From Rhynchobatus australiae (lineage: Eukaryota): a stretch of 64,000 nucleotides of DNA. A program made the translations under genes and the position numbers. The notes beneath the pieces are model-generated. The model saw only the letters and a program-made list of their open reading frames with translations, was not told where the DNA came from and did no database searches. Location of the stretch: NCBI GenBank assembly GCA_034780895.1, contig JAUZTB010000027.1, positions 19,577,118 to 19,641,117 on the forward strand. Reading direction: 5' to 3'. Positions 13,465-27,063 of this stretch are shown piece by piece (position 1 is the stretch's first letter; the number at the start of each line of letters is the position of its first letter).

Positions 13465-14062
13465 CTTTACGTTCCTGGGTGTCAATATCTCTGAGGATCT
13501 GTCCTGGGCCCAACACATTGATGCAATCACGAAGAAGGCATGCCAATGACTCTACTTTGTTAGGAATTTGAGGAGATTTGGTATGTCACCAAAAGCTCTT
13601 GCAAATTTCTTTAGATGTATGGTGGGGAGCTTTTTGACTGGTTGTATCACAGCCTGGTATGGAGGCTCCAATGCACAGGATTCGCAAGAGGCTGCAGAGG
13701 GTTGTAGACTCAGCCAGCTCCATCACAGGTGCAACCCTTCCCACCCTCGAGGACATCTTCAAGAGGTGGTGCCTCAAAAAGGCAGCATCCATCATTATGG
13801 ACCCTCACCATCCAGGATATGCCCTTCTTTCATTGCTACCATCATGGAGGAACCTGAAGACCTACACTCAAGGATTCAGGAACAGCTTCTTCCCCTCCAC
13901 CATCAGATTTCTGAACAGTCCATGAACTCGTGAACACTACTTCATTGTTCCTTTTGTTTTTGCACTATTTATTTATTTTTGTAATTTATGTCTTTGCACT
14001 GTACTGCTGCTGCAAAACAACAAATTTCATGTCATACAAGACAGTGATAATAAACCTGATTC
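13465..14062 (+). mobile_element. Rex1/Babar-type LINE 3' end (5'-truncated)
   Basis: ORFs RRFGMSPKALANFFRCMVGSFLTGCITAWYGG and RKRLQRVVDSASSITG...CLKKAASIIMDPHHPGYALLSLLPS...FRNSFFPSTIRFLN; 3' UTR ends gataataaacctgattc. Confidence 0.85.
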
Positions 14063-14719
14063 CCTTAACAGCAAAATAGAAATACATAAATATCTGCTGG
14101 GTGCCTTGTGAGACTTCCCTGTCACTCTCTGATTTCTACTTTGAGCGGTCTTAATGTGTCTAATGGTGGTTGGGAAATCTCCTTGACTCGGAAATTGCCG
14201 GTTTTGACGCCAGTTTCGTGCTGACCAGTTTCAGCCAGGTTTGAAATGTGGAGTTCACTCACTAGCTCAGGAATGGTATGGGGCAGCTTAGCCTCTCACC
14301 CAAACAAAGGGAAAAATGTGTGCATGTTAGTTATGGAGATGCTTGGACATAATGTTGCCCAGAGTCAAATACCCAGCCAATAGTCTCAGTGCAGAATCCT
14401 GTGAAAAATGAGCACTTAACTGAGGCATTTGCTGCTGCCACTGTCACCGGAACACGCTGTAAGGGGATACAACACAGTGGGAGAGAATCAACTGGAAAAC
14501 CGGAGGAAATTCCAAAGCTGGGTTGTAAATAATCTTGTACGAGCATCACAACAAAATAATCTGTTTAAGAAAGCATTTAATCTTATCAGATTCAAATTGG
14601 CACATCAGTGCTGCCTTTTGTACCAACAGCACGGCACTATCTCAGAATTTAGTGTTGAGGTAGTGACATTACCGGGAAGTGTGAGCTTTCTAGTCATTGA
14701 TTGGATTCTGGTCATTTCT

Positions 14720-14860
14720 CAGATTCAGATTAGTTTATTGTCATACACACCAGGGTGCTATGAAATTCCTTGTTCATGTGAAGCTCACAGAGTAGACAGT
14801 ATACATGGTAATAATATATATAACAACAAGCGCAAAACAGCAGAATAGTGCAAAGATTGA
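14720..14860 (-). mobile_element. Short LINE 3' tail fragment (Rex1/Babar-like)
   Basis: cagattcagattagtttattgtcatacac is the reverse complement of a gacaataaac plus tandem ctgaat tail, similar to the end of 13465-14062. Confidence 0.5.
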
Positions 14861-17800
14861 AATCTAACTTTCAAAAATGAAAACATCTACTTAAAGAAGT
14901 ATTCAGACAGCCTGCTTTAATGTTTCTAATGTCCAGGCAGAGCCAACAACCACATTGCTTTTAGTGAGTAGAAATTTCAGCAGCAGAGTTTTTTTGATAT
15001 GCGTATTTTAGAGCAATCAGGCAGAGATCTGCTTTGCCCGGTTGGAAAGCACAGGTTGTGCTACTCTCTAATATTATATGGCTAGGTGCAGTATAACTGG
15101 AGCATGAAATACGAGGAGCAAAATGTTTTTTTCGTTGTGCACCACAGCTTCAGCACTGCTACGTGGAACCATATGTGTCATTAAACCGTGACCACTGGAG
15201 GCGCTGCATGAAGCTGGCAGCAGATCAGTGCTTCCTCGTTTTATTTCTGACTTTAAGAAGTCTGTAAAGATAAATCAGTTTAACTTTGCAGAGAAAAAAA
15301 GAATACAGGCCCTTAATGAAAACCTCATGTTGAAGTGGGCAGCCAGTAATGCTTCATTTTGTGTAGTCCGTAAAAGTCCATCCACATTTTGGCTCAGCTT
15401 GCCATATTGTTCTTTCACACCTGCAACCTCAGTAGATTTCCTGAAGCTCACGAAGAACAACGGGAACCTGTTGAAGCATCCAGCAGACCAGTGGATGCTA
15501 CATGCTTGACCCCTGTCCATATGGAAATAAAACTTATTGCAGGCCGTGCTCCCGCTGTGCATTGCTGAGTTGTGAGTGAGCAAAGGTGATGCATGGAATT
15601 TATAGTAGGGGTCGGCTGCAAGAGAAAATCTTGTGTCGTTTTGGGGGAGGAAGCAGGCAAGAGAATTATCCTCACAATTATACACACAGTTTGAAGCTCC
15701 TTAGTCCAAACACGAAAGCTATTCTAGTAAAAATAATTATCACTCAGAAATGTTGAGGAATTTTTTTCCATTGCTCTCTTATTAAAAATTTCAACCCCCG
15801 CACCCCACCACTAGAGAATAGGTCATCGCAGTTTCAGTTGCATATTTTGTCATATAATGACAGGGCAGAGTTGCAAAATTGGGGAATGTTACACAGACTA
15901 AATTCCTGTGTTTGACAGCTTTNNNNNNNNNNNNNNNNNNNNNNNNNNNNNNNNNNNNNNNNNNNNNNNNNNNNNNNNNNNNNNNNNNNNNNNNNNNNNN
16001 NNNNNNNNNNNNNNNNNNNNNNNNNNNNNNNNNNNNNNNNNNNNNNNNNNNNNNNNNNNNNNNNNNNNNNNNNNNNNNNNNNNNNNNNNNNNNNNNNNNN
16101 NNNNNNNNNNNNNNNNNNNNNNNNNNNNNNNNNNNNNNNNNNNNNNNNNNNNNNNNNNNNNNNNNNNNNNNNNNNNNNNNNNNNNNNNNNNNNNNNNNNN
16201 NNNNNNNNNNNNNNNNNNNNNNNNNNNNNNNNNNNNNNNNNNNNNNNNNNNNNNNNNNNNNNNNNNNNNNNNNNNNNNNNNNNNNNNNNNNNNNNNNNNN
16301 NNNNNNNNNNNNNNNNNNNNNNNNNNNNNNNNNNNNNNNNNNNNNNNNNNNNNNNNNNNNNNNNNNNNNNNNNNNNNNNNNNNNNNNNNNNNNNNNNNNN
16401 NNNNNNNNNNNNNNNNNNNNNNNNNNNNAAAAGTTAGGGGAAAAACTATTGGGAAGTAAGATTAGATTTGTTGACTCTAAAATGGAGACAACACCAACAC
16501 AGTAGATTGAATAGTATGGAATTAGATTTCTGACTTGCATGATTCATTGTGGTAGTTAAAGTCTCACTAAAACAATTGAGTGAGTATACAAACCCTGTTT
16601 AAAGTCACACACCTAATTTTTTTCTGAATTTAACACTGCTAATTTAAAGAAATGTCTGGAAAATGCATTGAAGTGTCAGTTTATTCTAAAGATATTTCAT
16701 AGCTTTTGACTTAGAATAGCACAATGCTTGGAGCCAGTCATGGGATATAGATGACATCATAGTGTGAACATGCAATTTACATCCACTCTGAAGATTTTCC
16801 ATTTTTACAGGCAATTTCAAGTAATTTCTGGTGCAGGTTAAGTTGTTCCTTTCAAGGATTCTCTCTCTAGATTCAAAGAAAAGGAAAAAAATTATCCTTA
16901 ATTATTTTCGGTTTAGAATGGGAAAATATGGGGTTGATTGATGAGCCTCTGCCAGTGCCTCCATTCTGTATTAGAATACCAATCTGTGTTAGATGCTCAA
17001 GTTCTGGAGTTGGACCTCAACCCATTATGCTCTGTCTCCATGGTCAGAAGGGAAATGTCAGACACCTAGAAGAAAGCAATGCTTGAAAAAAAAATCATAG
17101 AATTAAATGATTCAGTGCCTGACAAAACAGTGAGAAAAAGCCTTTTGTTGTTTCGCAAGAGAGAAGAGCTATAACATTTTCATTATCATGTTGGCTTTTA
17201 ATATATATGAGAAAAGGAAACTAATTTTAAAATGGCATTGTTAATTTAGAAAAATCCTGCTGTCCATGTAACTGCATTCCTATATGTGTTGTATGATACA
17301 ACCTTCTGAATGCAAACCTAAAAGATGCCAGAATGGGAGTCATTGTAATCAGTAAAGGATTCTGGGCATTGGTAAGATGCACCTTGATGAAAAGGAGTGC
17401 TTTAATGAATTAGAGTCGTAATGGAGTAGATTGCATTATCACAATAAATTATCACATTAACAGCATCACTGCACTTTTAACCATATGTCTTGAGAAAAAA
17501 TTCTGTGATTCTAAATGATGCTGAAGGAAACCTCCTTTAATAGTTTATATGGTCAACTAGCTCAGGATTTTGGGAAGCTGTGCAATGTTTCTTCAGCAGA
17601 AAGTTAACAGCATTAATCTTCCAGGAACCTGGGGTTCTCCATAATCCAGTTGACTTTTTTTTTATTATTTTCTGTTGAAATTCAGCTTCCTTTTTGTGGC
17701 AAACATCTTGTTGTAGGCCAGTTCCAAAGGAACAAGTGCGGTCAATCATTGAGTCAGTGGTGACTATGTTGTCAGGGAAGATACCACAATCTATCACCAT

Positions 17801-20269
17801 TTTAAAAAACAACCATTGACAATATTTAGCCCTTGAGAAAACACCAGTGTTTTATTTCGCATTTTCTCAAAGACTAGCATGTGATTCAGTGGTACCTATT
17901 GATACTGTTCAAACTCCAGCTTTGCATGGCACTGACAGTACAATGGGGAATAAAATATTAGATCTGTCAGATAACCGTGCACTACAGCACTCTGTGGTTT
18001 AACAATACAGCCACTTGACCTATACACAGAAGTTTTAATGGTTCATTTCTAATGGATTAGTCTTTTTAGCATTTGGCTCTGTTTCAAAAGTCAGACGATC
18101 AGTCTAAATATCTCGCCAGAATAAGCGGTTGATTGAACATCTACAGTCGGGGACAGTCTAAGGTGACAGTGGAGCAATTCTTTATGTCCCACACACAGGG
18201 TGTGATATTACAGATTGCAAGTTCTCATTGGAACTAAGCAACATAATTTTGTAATAAAAATGAGAGCAAAGCCAACAGAGGGGCTTTACGACCATCCCTA
18301 ACTACAGGAGAGCAGGCTGCAAACCTTCACTCAGTGTTGTAATGAAACCAACAGCACATACATACTCCTTTGAGGGTTAATTCAAGGGTGAATCTACATT
18401 TTATGAATTTAAATATGCCATCTTTTTGCATTCCCTGGACAAATAACAACAAAATGAAATTGGAAATGTTAGAAAGATTCAGGAACAAATTACACATATA
18501 TAAATTGATTTCTATTTTTCCCCATGTTGGTAGCTTTAATGCCTCCTCCCACCCACCACACACTTTTCTCCCATCATCCCACATAAACGAGCCATTATCC
18601 CACATAAATGAGGGATCAAAGTGAACTATTTGATCAGGGTATTGCCAGAGAAAAATATGGATAAGGTATTTTATAACTTTATCCAGTTTGGATATTAAGC
18701 CTCAACATATAAGGCACACATCTCCTAACATTCACTTGTTTGTAGTCATATTCAAATGATTATTTAATAGACCTTGCTATAATGATGTTATTTCATCAGA
18801 AATTTAAATAAAATAATTGCATTACTTAGTTAATAGATGCTCAATATACTTACCAAATATTTAACACTTGCTTGTCAGAAGTAGATTGATAATCCCAGTA
18901 CAAAATTAAGTGAACTTTAATGTGAATGTAAACACCTGCTCAATATCTTTTGTCTTCAGTAACTGTGTCTTCTTTGTTATTGGTAGTGTTTGCCATTTTA
19001 ACAAAGTCAATATTTACTTCAAATAAGTTAATGACACCATTAAGTCATTAAGTTAGTATCTAAATAACTTAATACACGTGCATTAGGGGTTAATATAGTG
19101 ATATTTGCACAGCATATCTTCAAAGTCAAAGTTTCCAAATGTGTCTAGTATACAGTACAAGCCCATTTACCAACTTTCCAATTTATGTACAGCAATCAGA
19201 AACCACTGCTTCACAATGTAGAAAGAATTTTATTTTTGAAAAGTAACTATTGAGCAATAAGAAAGTTGTGCATTTACAACCATTATAAGCAAGCTGTAAA
19301 ATTTGGTAGAATTACTCGTGTAAAAATTGATGTTCATTGCATTCATGCTCATTCGTAACATAAGTCAGTACTGCTGCCATGTTGGAAGGCAGACAGTGAC
19401 ATTCTCACACAGCATAAGTACACAGAGTGCAGAATTACACATGTCAGTTACTGTGCGATGCTGACTGTATTATCAGCTCTGTCAAATAGGACCTTAAGGA
19501 TACAGTTAATATCATGTTTTCTACTCGCATGGAGTTTAGCAGGAAGGATCTCTGACACTCATTCTATGCTATTTCAAAAAATCAGCAATTATACAGTATG
19601 TTGGCTATCCTGCTGATTGATCTTTTTGGAGCGGTGATTGGAATTAACTATTGTTTAGTGTTTTCAGACCTCATTACAATTCACGAAACATACAAGGTAT
19701 GGTGCGGCAGAAACTAAGCCCTATTGAGCAATGTTTTTGTATGAGTTTCATCTAAAACCTGATCATGCCTACTTTGTGCTTGCATTCACATCCTGAAATA
19801 TCACAGATCCACTGAGTATGACATGCAGACACTTGGACGTTGATTGTTATGCACAGTGGTCACATGTGTAAAAGCCTAATGTGCATATGAGAATTGTGAA
19901 CAAATGGATTGGAGCATGCTCCAGCATTGGTTAGAAGTGCGGTAAGGAGATCCTTCATGAAAGAGCAACATTCCAGGCTGAGAATCATACAAGGTCAACT
20001 AATTACTCTCGTGCATTTCCTTNNNNNNNNNNNNNNNNNNNNNNNNNNNNNNNNNNNNNNNNNNNNNNNNNNNNNNNNNNNNNNNNNNNNNNNNNNNNNN
20101 NNNNNNNNNNNNNNNNNNNNNNNNNNNNNNNNNNNNNNNNNNNNNNNNNNNNNNNNNNNNNNNNNNNNNNNNNNNNNNNNNNNNNNNNNNNNNNNNNNNN
20201 NNNNNNNNNNNNNNNNNNNNNNNNNNNNNNNNNNNNNNNNNNNNNNNNNNNNNNNNNNNNNNNNNNNNC

Positions 20270-20460
20270 GAGATTCTCCCACTCACCGACATGTTACAGT
20301 GGCCAATTAATCTACCAAGATTTTGGAGAACTTGAAGGCACCCCAGACATTCACAGGGAGAAACGGACAAACTCCACTTGGACAGCACCTAACTTCAGGA
20401 CTGAACACGAGTCAATGGTGCTGTGAGGCAGCATCTCTACCAGCTGTGCGCTATGCCGCC
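20270..20460 (-). mobile_element. HE1-like tRNA-derived V-SINE, 5' half abutting a gap
   Basis: The reverse complement begins ggcggcatagcgcacagctggtagagatgctgcctcacagcacc (A-box) followed by gtggagtttgtccgtttctccctgtga (V domain); homologous to 53812-54183. Confidence 0.75.
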
Positions 20461-20469
20461 TCTGTCTGT

Positions 20470-21560
20470 GTCCTCTGAACCCAAGGGTGAGCTCAACCTC
20501 GAGGGAGCCAGTTCCTGGATTGACCAGACTCCTGCCTTGGCAGCAAGTTATTGGTGCTCGGTAATTGATCAGAGGTAAAATCTCATCTCTAAACACTGTG
20601 TCAGAATCTGAGCTGATGGCTGCAAGTGTCAAACTGAGTGACAGCATGTCTTCCCTTGACTTGCTCTTTGATCACTGTTGGGCCACATTGTAATCCTTAG
20701 CCATTTGAAAGGGGAAAAGCATAAAAATTGTGCTGCAGTAACAGCTCTATGTACACGCTTGCTCCATTTGCAGCTTGTTATTCGAAATGGTTGCAGGTTA
20801 AGGAGGATGTGGGGATGAAAAGGAGGATTAAATATGAATGTATGCTCATCTTTGATCATCTTGGGCCTGTTACTGCTCCTGGACTCGGCTATGGCTGCTC
20901 TAGTTATGGTGAGGTTGTATAACATATCCCCTAGGATAATGTGATGCAACTTCACAAGCTGCCACCAAATTGCCACTGCTGCCACTGGGTTGTGCACTAT
21001 CTGTGGTTCAGATGGAGGTTATGTTGATTGGTGTTGTGCAGTACGTTAGTTTGATATGGTTATTATAGACAAATAGCTGACAGTGTGTGGAAGCAGTGGA
21101 TATTAGGTTTGGAGTAGTGGTTAGCGTTTGAAGGTTTGGTGCAGCAAATGAATAGTGGGTACTTGTCCTGCTTGGCAGAGGTTGGTGGTTACTGTGGGTG
21201 TGGTGCTTTGGGCAGAGTCTGAAGCTGGTTGTGCACATGATGGATAAAATATTTGATGATGCATTCACTGAATTTGACTGCATGTGTGAGGGGCATTGAG
21301 AGTTCTGCATTACTGTTAATTCCAGGATCAAGGGTTTGGTTTCTGCCGTTCACCCCATGGCTGCCTCCTCCCACTGTGTTCTCAATGAACAATGAGCCTG
21401 CTGGCATTTTGTGGATTCAGGAAATCTTCTTTCCACATTTTGTCTTTACAGAGCCTCCCCTCTTCCAGGTTGTGCCTACCATCTCTTTTACAGTCTCTTC
21501 CAGACCTTCCTATCCACTGCAGCCAACTGCACTTCCCTTTTAAGAATTATAGAAAAGCTT
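20470..21560 (-). mobile_element. Possible decayed PIF/Harbinger accessory (Myb/SANT-like) gene remnant
   Basis: Minus strand 21260-21380 reads, across frameshifts, QWEEAAM..VNGRNQT..SW..Q....NA.T, resembling the Myb/SANT motif WEEVAxxVNAxxxxxRTWxQCRKKFNDL. The block is GC-richer than its flanks. Boundaries are uncertain. Confidence 0.4.
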
Positions 21561-22844
21561 TAATGAGGAGAAGCTAGCTTATGCAGGCTCCTCACTACAA
21601 AATTAGACCTCCTGGTGATATCCAGAGGTGATCAATAGTGTGGGTGGGACATTGTGATCCCGTTTTCCAGTGCTATCCAATTTAGTTCCCAAAGTTTCAA
21701 TGTACAGGAATAATTTGCATCTATCATCATTAGCATCACAGCAGTGCTATTCTAAAATGAGGTACTACATGGATATTGAGATTTACCTGGTTTTCCTACT
21801 GAAAAGCACTTGACTTCCCACCATAGCATAACTGAGATTGGGGGGAAAAATAGTAAAATCCCCAATTGTATGAAGAATGTGCAAAAGTTCCACCTGTAAA
21901 TAATACCGTCTGCTTTATGTGCGTTAATTTTTCCAGCTTCCTTTCATCATTTATTTTCTTGTGACTTGCCAAAGNNNNNNNNNNNNNNNNNNNGAAAATG
22001 TGCGGAATTACATTACTAATGTCCAATTTTCACTCATCCAGTAACACTTAGCATTCAAAATAAGGTGATAAAATTACATTAATAGAATTTTGGAACATCT
22101 TTTGTGACAAAATAATCATGAAATTGACTGGATATTTCATGTTATGTCAATACCTGAAAGAAACATATAATTTAGTTAAATATATAAAATTACAAAAAAA
22201 AATTGACTTTTTTTGTGTGTGATTTCTGCTAAGTGTGTATTTTGGCTTTCTGGGAAAATAATTGGTTAACTATGAACCTGCTTCTGTCTGTCACTCAGAA
22301 GGCATTGCACTGCAGTACTTTGCAGTCTAACGTTTTCCAGAGTGCAGTGCCTTAATATTTCATAAATATGAGTTAGCTCAGACTTGTCTAAGCTAACTAG
22401 ACTGTAACTAACTAGACTAACACACACACACACACCCTAATCCGGCAGTTAAAACAGGCATGTTCAATAGTGTAGATATCGGAACAAGAGTAGGAACGTA
22501 TGCTTGGTGAAGCAGATGGTTACTTGCTCTATTTAGGAAGGTGAATAAAGAATGATGCAGCACCAGCTAAGAGCTTAATTATTGTCATGACAGTTAAAAT
22601 CTATAATAAAAAGTTAGTTTTAGATTCTGAGTGAACAGTTGCTTCACTTACTGTGTAGGTTTTCTGTTTTCTGTGTAATTTGCATATTAAATAGTAATAA
22701 TTTGTCAACAGAGGAGATGTATGCAAGTTTGGAACAGTGCTATTATCACAACAGTCACATTTCAAGAAAGAACACAGCTTTTTAGATGTGTTATTCATAT
22801 TTTCAAGCATTTCCAAGGTGCGTTACCTTGAATGAATAACTACT

Positions 22845-22915
22845 GAAAAATGAAAAACTGCACAAAATCAGAAAATGCTGGGGATACTGAACAGATCAGA
22901 CAGCAACTGTGGAAA
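22845..22915 (-). mobile_element. Penelope-like terminal fragment
   Basis: cagaaaatgctggggatactgaacagatcagacagcaactgtggaaa matches the family terminus in reverse orientation. Confidence 0.45.
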
Positions 22916-23696
22916 TTAAATCAGGGCAAGATCTACATTACTATTGGTTGCAAAGCTGATCATAAGAATCCTTCCAGCCTAGAAATGAAGAATCTTTCAC
23001 TGAATCTCAAAACTTTCCATCCAATATTATGTAAGGAAGACCACTGAGGGTCTTGTTATGGAGGACCTAATATACTGCAGCCAAAGAGAACACAAGCAAT
23101 CAATGGGATTTCACTCCCCCAGATAGGTTTCAATTACTGAAGGTTCATTATTGAAAGTAGTTACAATAATTTAAGTTGAACTACTGATCTGAAGCAGAAG
23201 GGAAACATGAGGGGAAAGTAGCACAATTTGTGTGGTTAGTCAGATCCAAGGAGCTTTCTGTTTCGAAGATTCCGATGTCACCACTACCAGCAAGATCATT
23301 GGTTTGTGAGTTTTGTTGGTTGCACTTTGGACAGTGCCTGTTTTCTTTACAGAGATCAGATCTAGTCTTCCGCATTCTCACAATAGGCCTGTTTAAAAGG
23401 CATTCAAAGCATAGGTAGCAGTTGCAATTAAAATAATATAATCTGGCCACACAGCCACATTTCAGATCTCCAGCTGCAATCACGGATTTTCTGCATTGGC
23501 TTATTAAAGTCATACAAATGCTTTCTCTTACAACGGTGATTGCTAGCGCAGATCTTCCTGCATTAGTACCCTCCCACATTCAATAATTTAAAAAGTCCTT
23601 AAAGTAGTAAAAACTATTTTTCGGTTCATTTGAATGAAGTTTCAATGTTAAAAATATTAAGTGACATTGGCAAACCAATGTTTCCCAAAATGCACC

Positions 23697-26600
23697 AGAA
23701 GACCATAAGATATAGGAGTAGAATTAGGCCATTCGGCCCACCGAGTCTGCTCCGCCATTTGATCATGGCTTATTTATTTTTCCCTCTCACTCCCATTCTC
23801 CTGCCTTCTCCCTGTTACCTTTGATTCCCTTACTAATCAAGAACTATCAACCTCCGCTTTAAATATTCCCAATAACTTGGCTTCCACAACTATCTGTGGC
23901 AATGAATTCCACAGATTCACCATCCTCTCTCTAAAGAAATTCCTCCTCGTCTCTGTTCTAAAGGGACGTCCTTCCATTCTGAGCCTGGGCCTTCTGGTCC
24001 TAGACTCTCCCACCGTGGATCCTCTCCACGTCCACCCTTTGCAGGCTTTTCGATATTTGAAAGGTTTTAGTGAGATCCCCCTCGCCCGCCCCACCCCCTC
24101 CCATCTTTTAAGCTCCAGCAAGTGCAGGCCCAGAGCCATCAAATGCTCCTCGTATGTTAACCCTTTCATTCCTGGGATCATTCGGGAACATCAGCATATC
24201 CTTCCTTAGATATGGGGACCAAAATTGCTCACAATACTCCAAATGTGTTCTGACCAAGGCCTTATAAACCCTCAGCATTACATCCTTGCTTTTATATTCT
24301 GGTCTCTCAAAATGAATGCTAACATTCCATTCTTCTGACTACCGACTCAACCTACAAGTTAGCATTTAGGGGATCCTGCACTAGGACTCATAAGTCCCTT
24401 TGCACCTCTGATTTCTGAATTCACTCCTGTTTAGAAAATAGTCTATGCCTTTATTCCTTCTACCAAAGTGCATGACAATACACTTCCCTATGCTGTATTC
24501 CATCTGCCACTTCTTTGCCCATTCTACCGATCTGTTCAAGTCCATCTGCACATTCCCTGCTTCCTCAACACTACCTGCCCCTCCACCTAGCTTCGTATCA
24601 TCCACAAAATTGGCCACAAAGCCATCAATTCCATCATTCAGATCATTAACATTTATTGAGAAAAGTAGCGGACCCAACACTGACCCCTGCGGAACACCAC
24701 TGGTCACCGGCAGCCAGCCAGAAAAGGCCCCCTTTATTCCCACTCTTTACCTTCTGCCAGTCAGCCAATCTTCTATCCAGGCTAGTACCTTTCCTGTGAT
24801 ACCACGGGCTCCTATCTTGTTTAGCAGCCTCGTGTGGCACCTTGTCAAAGGCCTTCTGAAAATCCAAGTAAACAACATCCACTGACCCTCCTTTGTCTTT
24901 CCTGCCTGTTACTTCCTCAAAGAATTCTAACAGATTTATCGGGCAAGATTTCCCCTTAAGGAAACCATGCTGACTTCAGTCTATTTTATCACATGCTTCC
25001 AAGTACCTCAAAATCTCATCCTTAATAATGGACTCTAACATTTTACCAATCACTGAAGTCAGGCTAACTGGCCTGTAATTTCCTGCCTGTTGCCTCCCTC
25101 CTTTCTTAAAGAGTGGAGTGACATTTGTAATTTTCCAGTCTTCCAGAACCATTCCTGAATCTATTGATTCTAAAAAGATTCTTAATACCTCCACACAATC
25201 TCTTTAGCTGCCTCTTTCAGAACCCAGGGGTGTAGCCTACCTAGTCCAGGTGACTTATCTACCTTCAGACCTTTTCAGTTTCTCAAGCACCTTCTCCTTG
25301 GTAATAGCAACTAAACTCACTTCTGTCCCCTGAGTCTCGAATTCCTGGCACGTTGCTGGTGTCTTCCACAGTGAAGACTGATGCAAAATATCTATTCAGT
25401 TCATCCGCCATTTCTTTGTTCCCCATTACTACCTCTCCAGCATTATTTTCCAGCAGTTCGATGTCCACTCTTGCCTCTCTTTTATATATCTGAAAAAACT
25501 TTTGGTATCCTCTTTTATATTATTGGCCAGCTTACCTTTATATTTCATCTTTTCTCCCCTTATTGCTTTTTCACTTGCCTTCTGTTGGTTTTTAAAAGCT
25601 TCCCAATCCTCTAGCTTCTCACTAATTTTTGCAATATACCCTCTCTTTTGCTGTCTTTGACTTCCCTTGTCAGCCACGGTTGCCTCTTCCTCCCTATAGA
25701 ATGCTGCTTCTTCTTTGAGATGAACTGATCCTGCATCTTCCAAATTACTCCCGTAAACTGCCATTGCTGCTCTACTGTCATCCCTGCTAGGGTCCCCTTC
25801 CAATCAATTTTGGCCAGCTCCTCTCTCATGCCTCTGTAGTTACCTTTACTCAACTGTAATACCAATACATCTGATTTTAGCTTTTCCCTCTCAAAGTGCA
25901 GGTGAATTCTATCATATTATGATCACTACCTTCTAAGGGTTCCTTTATCTTAAGCTCCCTAATCAAATCTGGTTCATTGCACAACACTAAATCCAGAATT
26001 ACCTTTTCCCTTNNNNNNNNNNNNNNNNNNNNNNNNNNNNNNNNNNNNNNNNNNNNNNNNNNNNNNNNNNNNNNNNNNNNNNNNNNNNNNNNNNNNNNNN
26101 NNNNNNNNNNNNNNNNNNNNNNNNNNNNNNNNNNNNNNNNNNNNNNNNNNNNNNNNNNNNNNNNNNNNNNNNNNNNNNNNNNNNNNNNNNNNNNNNNNNN
26201 NNNNNNNNNNNNNNNNNNNNNNNNNNNNNNNNNNNNNNNNNNNNNNNNNNNNNNNNNNNNNNNNNNNNNNNNNNNNNNNNNNNNNNNNNNNNNNNNNNNN
26301 NNNNNNNNNNNNNNNNNNNNNNNNNNNNNNNNNNNNNNNNNNNNNNNNNNNNNNNNNNNNNNNNNNNNNNNNNNNNNNNNNNNNNNNNNNNNNNNNNNNN
26401 NNNNNNNNNNNNNNNNNNNNNNNNNNNNNNNNNNNNNNNNNNNNNNNNNNNNNNNNNNNNNNNNNNNNNNNNNNNNNNNNNNNNNNNNNNNNNNNNNNNC
26501 ATTCAAATATAACACCTTCAATCCTGTATTCACCACCCTTCTTCTCAAATTTGTCTCCATGTTGCCTGAAGTTAAATTCTTATCCCCTTCTAAACTTCCT

Positions 26601-26735
26601 GTCTTGTTCCTTATTCTGGAGATATAGAAACATAGAAAACCTACAGCACTTCAGTAACCTCTCCTGCACTCTCCTGTTCCTTTATCCACACTTTTCCAAT
26701 CTGTTGAACCCACACCCCTACTATGTAGTTAAAAT
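23697..26735 (-). mobile_element. CR1 LINE with near-complete but frameshifted ORF2 (APE endonuclease + reverse transcriptase), interrupted by an N-gap at 26013-26499
   Basis: Collinear minus-strand ORFs: GLKVLYLN (endonuclease start), ILDLVLCNEPDLIRELKIKEPLEGSDHNMIEF, DWKITNVTPLFKKGGRQQAGNYRPVSLTSVIGKMLE, DVVYLDFQKAFDKVPH, VTSGVPQGSVLGPLLF...FVDDTKLGG, FRTETRRNFF...VNLWNSLP. The CR1 3' UTR and tail end near 23697. Confidence 0.95.
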
Positions 26736-27063
26736 ATGTAGACATGTTTTCTACTCCAACCCAAACATAGATAAGAATTCAAACTTATTAGTTCACTTTT
26801 GATCTTAATATTAGCCTCGAGATATTGCACTTGAAATTCCATGATGGTACTAAGCGCATCTTAGTCATTGCAGCCAAATGGATGACACCTGGTTCTGCTG
26901 CAGTTCTGCCTGGATGGGAGATTAGATCTCCATCCCCACCACCACCCTTGCGCTAAATCGGCACGGCTGGGAGAAAGTCCTGGGATATTCCATCCATTAC
27001 CCATGATAATAGATCTCATGTAACAAAGTGATTTTGTGAACTTGATCAAGGCTCCAGAATGCT

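Noticed and set aside
15190-15207. CTCF-like motif accactggaggcgctg
   Set aside because: The spacing is one base short of the CCASYAGRKGGC consensus; not supportable.
15791-16540. Long ORFs in the track (also near 20000, 26000, 30000, 39600, 42400, 54600)
   Set aside because: Their length comes from runs of N translated as X; they have no coding evidence, apart from the CR1 sequence flanking the 26013-26499 gap.
23181-23579. 132-aa Cys-rich minus-strand ORF
   Set aside because: No recognisable domain, cysteine spacing or splice structure; consistent with a chance ORF.
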